A stretch of 64,000 nucleotides of DNA from an uncultured Bacilli bacterium (GTDB lineage: Bacteria; Bacillota_I; Bacilli_A; RF39; UBA660), in the NCBI GenBank assembly GCA_910586195.1, contig CAJUHO010000001.1, positions 38,933 through 102,932 on the forward strand, read 5' to 3'. The notes under the pieces were generated by a model. It saw nothing but the letters and a program-made list of their open reading frames with translations, had not been told where the DNA came from and did no database searches. Below, one piece after another: positions 40,922-49,778 of the stretch. Within the stretch, counting starts at the first letter, position 1; the number at the start of each line of letters is the position of its first letter. The position numbers and the translations under genes were made by a program.

Positions 40922-41644
40922 ATGAATATTTTTGATATTATAATCATTCTAATTATTTTATTATCAGGGGTTGTTGGGTTAAAACGAGGGGTTTTAAAAG
41001 AACTGGTAATGCTTATTGGAACTATTATAGTCTATGTAATTGCTTTTCAATTAAAGACACCACTGGCTAATTTCATGATGCATTATCTTCCATTTTTTGA
41101 TTTTTTAGGAAAATTAAAAGGTGTAGTCGTTTTAAATGTTGTCTTGTATCAGGTACTTTCATTTGCGATTATTGCTAGCATTTTACTTGCTATTTTTAAT
41201 GTGATTTTGAAAGTAACAGGTATTATTCAGAAGTTAATTGATTTGACAATTATCCTGACATTGCCATCTAAAATTTTAGGGTTCATTGTAGGATTATTTT
41301 CTGGATACCTTTATGTTTTTATTGCACTAATTATTTTTGCAATTCCACTTGGAGGGATAGATTCTTTTAAGGACTCTAATATGGTAGGACAAATTTTATA
41401 TAAAACGCCTGTACTTTCTAATTCACTAGGAGGCTTTAAAGATGCGGTGAAAGATGTTTATACATTGACGGATAAAACAGTAGAGGCAGAAAATGTTAAT
41501 ACAGTGCAGTTGAATTTAGATGTTATGAATATTTTGTTGAAGTATAAAGTAGTAACAAGTGGTGATATGGAAAAGTTACTAGATAGTACAAATAAACTAG
41601 ATCATATTACAGGAATTAGTGAATTAATTTATCAATATAAATAG
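40922..41644 (+). CDS. CvpA-family membrane protein
   Basis: MNIFDIIIILIILLSGVVGLKRGVLKE is the CvpA N-terminus. Four TM segments. Divergent from rnhC, as in Bacillus (rnhC / yshB). Confidence 0.8.
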   Translation: MNIFDIIIILIILLSGVVGLKRGVLKELVMLIGTIIVYVIAFQLKTPLANFMMHYLPFFDFLGKLKGVVVLNVVLYQVLSFAIIASILLAIFNVILKVTGIIQKLIDLTIILTLPSKILGFIVGLFSGYLYVFIALIIFAIPLGGIDSFKDSNMVGQILYKTPVLSNSLGGFKDAVKDVYTLTDKTVEAENVNTVQLNLDVMNILLKYKVVTSGDMEKLLDSTNKLDHITGISELIYQYK

Positions 41645-41659
41645 AAATAGGAGGAAAAA

Positions 41660-41965
41660 ATGATAAAAGTTTTTGATGAAGATACAGAAATGAAGGAAGA
41701 GATTAAAGAGGGGATGATTCTTATTGATTTTTTTGCAACTTGGTGTGGACCTTGTCAAATGATTGCAGGAGAATTAGAGGAATTATCTGCGAGTGATGAT
41801 ACAATAAAGATTTTAAAGATTGATATTGATCGTCATCCAGAAATAGCAAAGGAATATGGTGTTATGGCAGTGCCAACTCTTTTGTTTATAAAAGATGGCG
41901 ATTTACTAGAAAGACAAACTGGATTTATGCCGAAAGAAAAAATTATCGAAATCTTTAAAAAATAG
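41660..41965 (+). CDS. trxA: thioredoxin
   Basis: WCGPC active site in a 101-aa protein. Confidence 0.95.
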   Translation: MIKVFDEDTEMKEEIKEGMILIDFFATWCGPCQMIAGELEELSASDDTIKILKIDIDRHPEIAKEYGVMAVPTLLFIKDGDLLERQTGFMPKEKIIEIFKK

Positions 41966-42086
41966 AGGGAGAAATTCCTCTTTTCTTGATTTATAAGTAA
42001 AATGCAACCGAAAATTGACAAAAAACAACTTAAAATTGGTAGGATGCAACCATGTAAAGTGCTATAGTGAGTGCGAGGTGAAAGAA

Positions 42087-43508
42087 ATGAAATTTTGTGA
42101 AAATTTGCAAAATTTGCGAAAGCGGAAAAATATTTCGCAAGAACAACTAGCAGAAATGTTAGGAGTAACGAGACAGTCTGTCTCAAAGTGGGAGTCGGGA
42201 GCAAGTTATCCAGAAATGGAAAAACTAACAGAGATGTGCAGGATTTTTCATTGTAGTCTAGATGCTTTAGTTAATGGAGATGTGCTAGAGGCAGAGAATA
42301 AGAAAGATAATAATGTATTTTACTCTATTATGTCCTCTTTAGAACTTGCCGTAAAAAAGACAATTGCTATGCTTGAAAATATGAATGCTTCTGAGATTAT
42401 AAAATTTCTATTTACGCTTTTGATTATTATAATTGTAATATTAATATGTAAAGTACCCTTTGTGTTGTTAGAAGAATCTATTAATTCTATTTTTTACTCA
42501 GGCGCAGGTAATATTGTTGGCAGTATCTTAAGGTCTTTATGGTCATTTTTACTAAATTTGATTTATGGAATTTTAGCAGTTTTATCTTTCCTTTATATTT
42601 ATAAAGTAAAATATTTAGATAGAATTGAGCTTACGGATGATAATGAAGAAAAAATAAAAGTAGAAAAAGAAAATATTACAGTACATAAGGAACGAACTGC
42701 TATTAAGGAAAAGAGATACATCTATCAAGAAAATTCTGGTGTTTTTGACTTTCTAACTACGATATTAATGACTTTTGTAAAATTTGTGTGTATTATTATA
42801 TTGATATGGGATTTATGTGCTTTAGTAACTTCTGTTATTTTGTTAGCACTAGTATTCATATTGGCAATAAAAGGATTATTATTAATAGGACCCATATTGA
42901 TGGGGTTAGGTGTTATTCTATTTACTATTCTAATTGCCACCTTATTATTTAACTTTGTTGCAAATCGCAAAAGTAATCAAATGTTTACGTTAATAAGTTT
43001 ATTTACATCCATAGTTTTGGGCGGTGTTGGAGTAGCACTATCGCTATGGTATTTTGCCAATCTAACATATATTGATGGTCTACCAGATGCTTACCATGAA
43101 AGAAAAGTGACGACTACTTATGAAATGAGAGATAACTTGACTGTAGGACATCATTATAATATTGAATATATAGAGGATGATACATTGCAAAATGAAATTC
43201 GTATAGATTTAAAATATTATTATCAAAAATACAATCCTAAAATTACACTAACAGATAATAAATACATAAATTATGAACTAGAAGAGAAGACGGCAATATA
43301 CCCAAAAGAAATTATTGATGATATTATTGAAAGCTTAAAAAAAGGGCGTATTTATACTTATGATAATTGCTTCGAGGTAAAGATGGTTATTACAACATCT
43401 AAAGAAAACATTAAAAAGTTAAAAACCAATACTTACTATGAATATTATTATGATGAATATAATGATCCAGTGGCAGAGCAGAGGGAACTTGAAAACTTTA
43501 TACAATAA
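42087..43508 (+). CDS. XRE-family HTH regulator fused to a polytopic membrane domain
   Basis: Start ATG 42087 after GAGGTG. LRKRKNISQEQLAEMLGVTRQSVSKWESG is the HTH. Several TM segments and an extracytoplasmic C-terminal domain follow. Confidence 0.7.
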   Translation: MKFCENLQNLRKRKNISQEQLAEMLGVTRQSVSKWESGASYPEMEKLTEMCRIFHCSLDALVNGDVLEAENKKDNNVFYSIMSSLELAVKKTIAMLENMNASEIIKFLFTLLIIIIVILICKVPFVLLEESINSIFYSGAGNIVGSILRSLWSFLLNLIYGILAVLSFLYIYKVKYLDRIELTDDNEEKIKVEKENITVHKERTAIKEKRYIYQENSGVFDFLTTILMTFVKFVCIIILIWDLCALVTSVILLALVFILAIKGLLLIGPILMGLGVILFTILIATLLFNFVANRKSNQMFTLISLFTSIVLGGVGVALSLWYFANLTYIDGLPDAYHERKVTTTYEMRDNLTVGHHYNIEYIEDDTLQNEIRIDLKYYYQKYNPKITLTDNKYINYELEEKTAIYPKEIIDDIIESLKKGRIYTYDNCFEVKMVITTSKENIKKLKTNTYYEYYYDEYNDPVAEQRELENFIQ

Positions 43509-43510
43509 AG

Positions 43511-43540
43511 AAAAGGGATATTTTCCCTTTTATTTGTTTT
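43511..43540. terminator. bidirectional terminator between convergent genes
   Basis: AAAAGGGA-TATTT-TCCCTTTT, flanked by A and T runs. Confidence 0.65.
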
Positions 43541-44105
43541 TAGTAATTAATTCTTCGCCTAATACTTCATAAGAAAATTTTCCATTTAAAATAGATTCAT
43601 TTTCTAGTAGTACAGTATAGGAAATTTCCTCTGCAAAATTTTTCTCTAATATGTTTTCATTTTGCAGTAGGTGGTTTAATTCTTTAATTTTATTGTAATC
43701 TGTAGTGATAATTACTTTCTTAGCAGGGACTAATTTTAAAATGGTACTATGCTTTAGAGCCTCTTTACATGTAGTGGAATAGGCTCTTATTAATCCACCT
43801 GTGCCTAGCTTTATTCCTCCAAAGTAGCGAACAATTATTACTAAGATATTGGTCATTTCTTGTTTTTGTAAAACATTTAGAATGGGAATACCCGCGGTAC
43901 CACTGGGTTCTTTATCATCACTAGATTTTTCTTTTACACCTATTCGCCAGGCATAAGTATAATGAGTTGCCTTTGGGTATTTTGCTTTGGCATTTACTAA
44001 TAAGTCTTTTACCTGTTCTTCCTTTATTATAGGATGTAAAATGGCTATGAATCTAGAATTTTTAACAATTAGTTCATATTCTAAAGTATTTTGAATTGTA
44101 TACAT
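43530..44105 (-). CDS. yigZ: YigZ/IMPACT-family protein
   Basis: KNSRFIA ... HYTYAWR ... DDKEPSGTAG.PIL ... VIIVRYFGGIKLGTGGL pattern. Confidence 0.85.
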   Translation of the reverse strand: MYTIQNTLEYELIVKNSRFIAILHPIIKEEQVKDLLVNAKAKYPKATHYTYAWRIGVKEKSSDDKEPSGTAGIPILNVLQKQEMTNILVIIVRYFGGIKLGTGGLIRAYSTTCKEALKHSTILKLVPAKKVIITTDYNKIKELNHLLQNENILEKNFAEEISYTVLLENESILNGKFSYEVLGEELITKNK

Positions 44106-44312
44106 AGATTATCACCTATATCTATTATAATACAATAATAAATAATAAGAAAGAGCTCTATATTCCCGCTTTTTTTCCTAAAGAGTAAAAAAAGTAAAAT
44201 TTTTCCAGAAAAATACTTGACTTTTTTTTGGTACGATAAGGCACAACAAGGGGGGAGAAGAATATGACTCAAAAAAAGATGCCCTCTTTGAATACAAAAT
44301 TAGGGGGAAAAT

Positions 44313-45496
44313 ATGAGTACTGAGAAAAAATTAAATTCACAAACTGCTTATGAATTACTAACAGAAGGAATTATTACTAATGAGAGGGATCTTTCCGAAG
44401 ATAAAAACAGATGGATTATGCACTGTATATATACAGGAATTGCTGCAGGAAGAATTGTTGAGAGATTACAGTGTGATGCCGATTATGCTAAGGCTTTGGG
44501 GTACATTCATGATATTGGTAGAAGAATCAGTCATCCTAAACATCCAACAGAAGGCTATTTTTATATGAGAGACCTTGGTTATGATGAAGAGGCGATGATT
44601 TGCTTAACACATTCTTTTATTGATAATGATATCACGAAAGCGGCGGGACCATTTTTACCAGAAGAAGCTTATAACATTGTTCAACCACATTTATTTAAAA
44701 ATTCACCTAGTATATATGATAGTATTATTCAACTTTGTGACTTGTTTTGTTTAGAGACAGGCTTTACTACACTTGAAAAAAGAATATTAGACATATCTAC
44801 TCGTAAAGGTGTGGTTCCTGGTTCTTTTGAACATTTTCAAAGCGCTATTAATCTTAAACAAAGACTTGAAAAATCAATGGGAAATATTTCGCTATATAGC
44901 TTATTTCCTGAAATATCAGAGGAAGATTTATTACAACAGGAGGATCACTATAATCAATTAATAGAACTATTTGAAACAACATCGTTTAAAAAGTTAAATG
45001 TCGGTCTTGATATTGACAATGTAGTATCAGATTTTGATGGATTCTTAGAAGAAGAGTTTGCTACAAGATTGCCAGTGAAAGAAGGGGCTCAATATAATAT
45101 GCATAAATTACATCATGATGGACATCGTGTTACGCTAATTTCTAATCGTGTATACCCACATTATACAAAGCTTATTTCACAACTAAAAATTGGTTAGATG
45201 AAAATCATCTTTACTATGACGCTTTGGTGCTTTCTACAAGTTCTGATAAAAGTCGGGAATGCAGGGATTATAATATTGATATTATGTATGATGATAATCC
45301 TTATAATTGTAGACAGTTAATAAATTCTGGCATTGATTGTTCACTAGTAGGGACAAATTATTGGAAAAAAGAAAAAGATGGGTTACGCATTGTTGCAAAT
45401 TGGAAAGAATTATATCAAGAAGTAAATGATATTTCTATGCAACAAAGTGTTAATGAGATGCAAACTGAAAATAAAAAATTAGTTAAAGCAAAATAA
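44313..45496 (+). pseudogene. split gene: HD-domain phosphohydrolase fused to a 5'(3')-deoxyribonucleotidase-like HAD domain
   Basis: ORF 44313..45197 holds the HD motif (LGYIHDIGR), then the HAD motif I (GLDIDNVVSDFDG) and LISNR. The -1 frame, open from 45146, continues TKNWLDENHLYYDALVLSTS...IDIMYDDNPYN (ORF 45224..45496). Confidence 0.55.
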
Positions 45497-45531
45497 TTTA
45501 TGAAAGTATCTAGTAAAGGGGGAAAATAAAA

Positions 45532-46320
45532 ATGAAAATAGTAGATACAGGAAATCATTATGGAAATATGAATACGGCAGCATCGTTTTATCCAAAAAAT
45601 ACGACAAAGGAGTATAGAACACAAGACTTTCTTGCTAGAAGAATTCTTTTAGGAAATGATGAAGGATTCGATGGGCATAAAGTATTTATTGCTGATCAAA
45701 AGGATCAAAGTGGAACTTATCATATTTTAGGTGAAGAAGATGTTAAAAAAGCTCCAAATGGATGGGCTGAAATTGATATTGATGAAGATATCTTAGTGGT
45801 AACGGATAAAGCACCTGGGATTGTAGCAGCTCATGCTGTTGCAGATTGTCCAGTAGTAATGGTAAGTGATTATAAAAATGGAGTTACTGCAGTTTGCCAC
45901 TGTAGTGGAGCTTTAGTAGATAAAATGCTTCCAGCACTTACTGTAGACGCATTACTTAAGGCAGAAAAAGATTTAGGAATGGATTATTGTGATCAAAATA
46001 TTGGAGCCTATATTTCTGCATGTGCAGGTCCTAATTGGCAATATAACAATTACCCAGGATGGGCAACAGATGAGAGCGTATGGAAAAATAGTATTATGGA
46101 TAGAGGAAATGGTATTTTTAATATCAATATTCGTCAAGCAGTATTAGAACAGTTTAATAATCGTGGTGTTAAAAATGTTAATATGAAATTAGTAGACACT
46201 ATTACTAGTCCTGATTATTATTCACATTCTGCATCATTTAATGATCCAACAAAAGCTGGTAGAAACTTGATTGGTGCCTTTTATCCAGAAGTAAATTTCC
46301 AAATGGTAAAGAAAAGATAA
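45532..46320 (+). CDS. divergent DUF152 (YfiH/PgeF/LACC1-like) protein
   Basis: VADCPVVMV and AVCHCSGA sit where the family has ADC.P and HAGWRG. The C-terminal SHSASFND...GRNLIGAF resembles FSYRR...GR. Assigned from memory of the family pattern. Confidence 0.5.
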   Translation: MKIVDTGNHYGNMNTAASFYPKNTTKEYRTQDFLARRILLGNDEGFDGHKVFIADQKDQSGTYHILGEEDVKKAPNGWAEIDIDEDILVVTDKAPGIVAAHAVADCPVVMVSDYKNGVTAVCHCSGALVDKMLPALTVDALLKAEKDLGMDYCDQNIGAYISACAGPNWQYNNYPGWATDESVWKNSIMDRGNGIFNINIRQAVLEQFNNRGVKNVNMKLVDTITSPDYYSHSASFNDPTKAGRNLIGAFYPEVNFQMVKKR

Positions 46321-46334
46321 ATATTAAAAAGTTG

Positions 46335-46369
46335 ACTGATAGAAAAGGAATTTTATCAGTTTTCTTTTT
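46335..46369 (+). terminator. intrinsic terminator
   Basis: ACTGATAGAA / TTTTATCAGT stem followed by TTTCTTTTT. Confidence 0.6.
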
Positions 46370-46500
46370 GCATATTAGGAATTATTGGAAAGTCAAAAAA
46401 ATATTGACAAACGAATGTACGATGCTATATATTAGAAATACAGATGAATTGTTTATTATAAAATGAAGATGATTTTCTGAACAATAAAAACTATAAATGA

Positions 46501-47202
46501 TTGGTAGAGCGATATATCGTTTGGGATATATGCTTAATTTTAGGGGGCATTACAATAGATGAACAAAATATTTACACAAATTCAATATTAACCTTTGCAT
46601 TTACAAGTGATGGTCAAATAATTGTTAAAAAAGATAGAGAAGGAAAGCTAGATACTCTTCCATGGCTTTTTATGGGTTGCCGTGAGAAAGATATTAAGGT
46701 TGATTATGAAGATAGTATTTGGGTAATGAATAATCCGAATGAATACAAAGAAAATGCTATGTTATTTTTTGCATATCATTTAAGAAACTGTAGAAAAGTT
46801 ATCTTGGATGGATGGTTTGTTGGAAATGAGAATGCTTTATTAGATGTTGGAAAACTTCATGGAAAAATTGCAAATCATCAAATCAAAGAAATGACAGTTC
46901 TTGATGGTCCCTCTTTTATAAGAGTGAATAGCAGCTTATATGATGGCGGAACAACTCTATATGGGCAACGAATTATTAATGGAATAGAAACTAGATATAT
47001 TGTTTTACCTAGCGATGAAGATATAGGAAAATTCCCAGAATTAGAAATAAAAGAGTTAGATGAATTAAGAGAAGATTTTAGTTTATTATCTGATAAAATG
47101 ATACTTGGCATAACAGGGGAAGATGGAAAGATTATGGAGTCATTTGTAAGTCAGATAAAGTCTTTCAGTAAAAATTCTTTTATTAAAAAAATTGTTAAAT
47201 GA
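46501..47202 (+). CDS. hypothetical protein (start uncertain)
   Basis: The ORF has only a TTG start and no convincing RBS. The first in-frame ATG is far downstream. No motifs recognised. Confidence 0.35.
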   Translation: MVERYIVWDICLILGGITIDEQNIYTNSILTFAFTSDGQIIVKKDREGKLDTLPWLFMGCREKDIKVDYEDSIWVMNNPNEYKENAMLFFAYHLRNCRKVILDGWFVGNENALLDVGKLHGKIANHQIKEMTVLDGPSFIRVNSSLYDGGTTLYGQRIINGIETRYIVLPSDEDIGKFPELEIKELDELREDFSLLSDKMILGITGEDGKIMESFVSQIKSFSKNSFIKKIVK

Positions 47203-47332
47203 AAATGTGGATTTTAATGTTGTTTGATTTGCTTTAAAAGCAGTTGGGAGTCTAAATATTCAAAATTTTAAAACTATAGTAGTGATATTGCAGGATTTTT
47301 GGTATAATCTAGAGTAGAGAGGAGATGATGGA

Positions 47333-48472
47333 ATGCTTAAAAAGCATGAAAAATTAGATGTAGAAAATTTAAATGAAGTAATTTCAATTACAAAAAAATT
47401 ATTAAAAATAGGTTTTACCTTTGCTATTATTGCCTTAATTGCGATTGCTACTTACTTATTAAAAACGTGGAAAGTATTTGAATTTTTGAAAACTGTTTTG
47501 ATTGTGATTTCTCCTGTTTTTATCGGGTTATTAATTGCTTGGTTATTTGATCCAATTGTAACAGCAATGCAGAAAAAAATTCCAAGATTAGTAGCATGTA
47601 TTGTTGTTTTTTTAGTATTTTTTGGTGGTATTGTACTACTCCTTTGCTTATTACTGCCTTCTTTTACCATTCAAGTAAGGGAATTTGTAACAGGAATTCC
47701 TAATATATTAAAAGAGATAAAATCAATGTTAAATCAGTTCTTTTTGACTATTAGCGGCGATAGCGGGATAGACTTAACTAGTGTAAAGGATCAAGTTTTT
47801 AATTCTATAGAAAATGTGGGAATTAGCTTAACTACTAAACTTCCTGATATGTTTATTAATATAATTAAATCCATAATTAGTGGAGGAATGCTTTTAATAC
47901 TTGGTATTATGGTAGGATTTTATATGCTTTATGATTTTAAGAAAGTAAAATATGGGCTACTAGACTTTGTTCCTAAAAAATACCATACAGATGCAAAGGA
48001 ATTAATGAAACGCTTAAACCATTCTTTACGTGGGTATATTCAAGGACTATTTGCTGTCATGTTTTTAGTGTTTATTACCCAAAGTATCGGTCTTACTTTA
48101 GCGGGATTAAAGGCACCTATGATTTTTGCACTATTTTGTGCACTAACCGATATTATTCCCTATTTAGGGCCTTATATTGGTGGGGCTCCTGCTGTATTAG
48201 TTGGCTTTACGATTTCACCTATTGTAGGTATTTTTACACTCATTTCGATTGTTGTAGTACAGTTGCTTGAGAACAATTTCTATCAACCATTAATTATGGG
48301 AAAAGCAATGCAATTACATCCTGTAACAATTATTGTAGGACTCTTGCTTTTCCAACATTTCTTTGGTATTATAGGTATGATTGTAGCAACTCCAGTTATA
48401 GCATGTGTTAAAGTAATATTTACTTTTATAGACGAAAAAATAAATGTAATGGAAATGATACGAGAAAATTAA
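47333..48472 (+). CDS. AI-2E family (PerM/YdiK-like) transporter
   Basis: About 8 TM segments. IPYLGPYIGGAPAVL and the PLIMGKAMQLHPV pattern are typical of the family. Confidence 0.85.
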   Translation: MLKKHEKLDVENLNEVISITKKLLKIGFTFAIIALIAIATYLLKTWKVFEFLKTVLIVISPVFIGLLIAWLFDPIVTAMQKKIPRLVACIVVFLVFFGGIVLLLCLLLPSFTIQVREFVTGIPNILKEIKSMLNQFFLTISGDSGIDLTSVKDQVFNSIENVGISLTTKLPDMFINIIKSIISGGMLLILGIMVGFYMLYDFKKVKYGLLDFVPKKYHTDAKELMKRLNHSLRGYIQGLFAVMFLVFITQSIGLTLAGLKAPMIFALFCALTDIIPYLGPYIGGAPAVLVGFTISPIVGIFTLISIVVVQLLENNFYQPLIMGKAMQLHPVTIIVGLLLFQHFFGIIGMIVATPVIACVKVIFTFIDEKINVMEMIREN

Positions 48473-48490
48473 ATCATGATATACGTAGAA

Positions 48491-48665
48491 AAAGATAAGT
48501 ACAAAATTGCTATCTTTTAAGAGAGTCTATGGTTGGTGAAAATAGACAAGATACTTTTTTGGAAAGCTCCTTTGGAGTATATTCGGGTAACCGTTATCAA
48601 AATAAGACCAATATAGGATGGTACCGGGCAAATTTTGTCCTCCTATGCTTTGGTCTTTTATTGTT
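48491..48665 (+). promoter_or_regulatory. T-box leader, probable Ala specifier (GCU)
   Basis: AGAGAG at 48520-48525 and GGTGAAA at 48535-48541. GCU at 48566-48568 lies in the predicted specifier region. T-box core AATATAGGATGGTACCGGG at 48610-48628. Terminator AAGACCAATATAGGA ... TCCTATGCTTTGGTCTT plus TTTATTGTT. Confidence 0.8.
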
Positions 48666-48674
48666 GGAGGGTAT

Positions 48675-49217
48675 ATGGAATTATATTTAATTGCTGGTTG
48701 TGCAAGAAGTGGGAAAAATCAATTTGCTGGTTATTTAAAAGAAGAATGGGAAAAACGTGGAAAAAAAGTTTGTCTTTTAAAAATTACAGCGCCACTTTAT
48801 CATTATGCTTGTGACTATTTTGGCTGGGATGGTGATGAAAAAAAGAAACCACGTACATTTTTACAGACGATGGGAATTGAATACATTAAGGAAGAACTTA
48901 AGATGCCTGATTTTTTGTTAAATCGTCTGAATGAAGATATTATTATTTTAAGTAAATTCTTTGATATTGGTATTATTACGGATGGAAGACTTAAAGAGGA
49001 AATACAAAAATTAAAGGAACAATATCCTTCCTTAGTTACCATTCATATATTGCGATCTAGTTACGATAATGATTTAACGGAGAAAGAAAAATCCCATATA
49101 ACAGAACAGAACCTGATAAATTATCATTCGTTTGATGAGGAAATATTAAATGATTCTTTAGAAAATTTGCAACAACATGCACTAAAAATAGTAACAGAAA
49201 GGAGTGAAAAGGGATGA
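48675..49217 (+). CDS. T4 gene-1-type deoxynucleoside monophosphate kinase-like protein
   Basis: Start ATG 48675 after GGAGGG; the longer ORF begins inside the T-box. GCARSGKN, RTFLQTMGIE, ITDGR and SHITE parallel T4 Dnk GVKRSGKD, RRLMQALGTD, PDTR and THITE (from memory). Confidence 0.6.
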   Translation: MELYLIAGCARSGKNQFAGYLKEEWEKRGKKVCLLKITAPLYHYACDYFGWDGDEKKKPRTFLQTMGIEYIKEELKMPDFLLNRLNEDIIILSKFFDIGIITDGRLKEEIQKLKEQYPSLVTIHILRSSYDNDLTEKEKSHITEQNLINYHSFDEEILNDSLENLQQHALKIVTERSEKG

Positions 49218-49777
49218 AAAATTTAATTGCCATTGTTGGTATGGCTGGTAGTGGAAAAAGTATTGCCACAGATTATTTAGTAAAAAAAGGATATCAAAAT
49301 ATCTATTTTGGTGGCGTAATTTATAAACGTATGAGGGAAGAAAATATCGAAATTACACCCGATAGTCAAAAAGAGTTTAGAGAAAATTTACGAAAAGAAT
49401 ATGGTATGGGTGCTGTTGCCTCCTTATTGTTACCTGAAATAAAAAAGGCGCATGCTTCAGGGAATACTGTGTTAGATGGTCTTTATTCATGGGATGAATA
49501 TTTAATACTCGAAAAGGAATTTGGACAAAAATTAAAAATGATTGGTGTGGTTTGTGACAGAAAAATTCGTTATAAGAGAATAGCAGTACGTAAAGACAGA
49601 CCGTTTCAATATGAAGATATTGTCAAAAGGGACCTAGCAGAGATTGAAAACTCTGCCAAAGGGGGCCCTATTGCTTATGCTGATTATTATATTTTCAATA
49701 ATGGATCTTTAGATGACTATTATAGGCGTCTAGATGAGATTTTAAAACATATAGAAGAACATGAAGGAGAAGAGTAG
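49214..49777 (+). CDS. P-loop nucleotide/nucleoside kinase-like protein (dephospho-CoA kinase / adenylate kinase fold)
   Basis: Walker A IVGMAGSGKS at the N-terminus of a ~190-aa protein. ATGA overlap with the upstream gene, and a stop 1 nt before the alaS start. Confidence 0.6.
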   Translation: MKNLIAIVGMAGSGKSIATDYLVKKGYQNIYFGGVIYKRMREENIEITPDSQKEFRENLRKEYGMGAVASLLLPEIKKAHASGNTVLDGLYSWDEYLILEKEFGQKLKMIGVVCDRKIRYKRIAVRKDRPFQYEDIVKRDLAEIENSAKGGPIAYADYYIFNNGSLDDYYRRLDEILKHIEEHEGEE

Positions 49778-49778
49778 T

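Noticed and set aside
44081-44272. 63-aa minus-strand ORF in the yigZ upstream region (also 45415..45624 and 21037..21222)
   Set aside because: They span intergenic promoter/RBS regions of neighbouring genes, give low-complexity products, and have no RBS.
48618-48674. Longer N-terminal extension of the first kinase-like ORF (start at 48618)
   Set aside because: That ATG lies inside the conserved T-box core (GGATGGTACC), and the extension would be translated from the terminator helix. ATG 48675 has a GGAGGG RBS.
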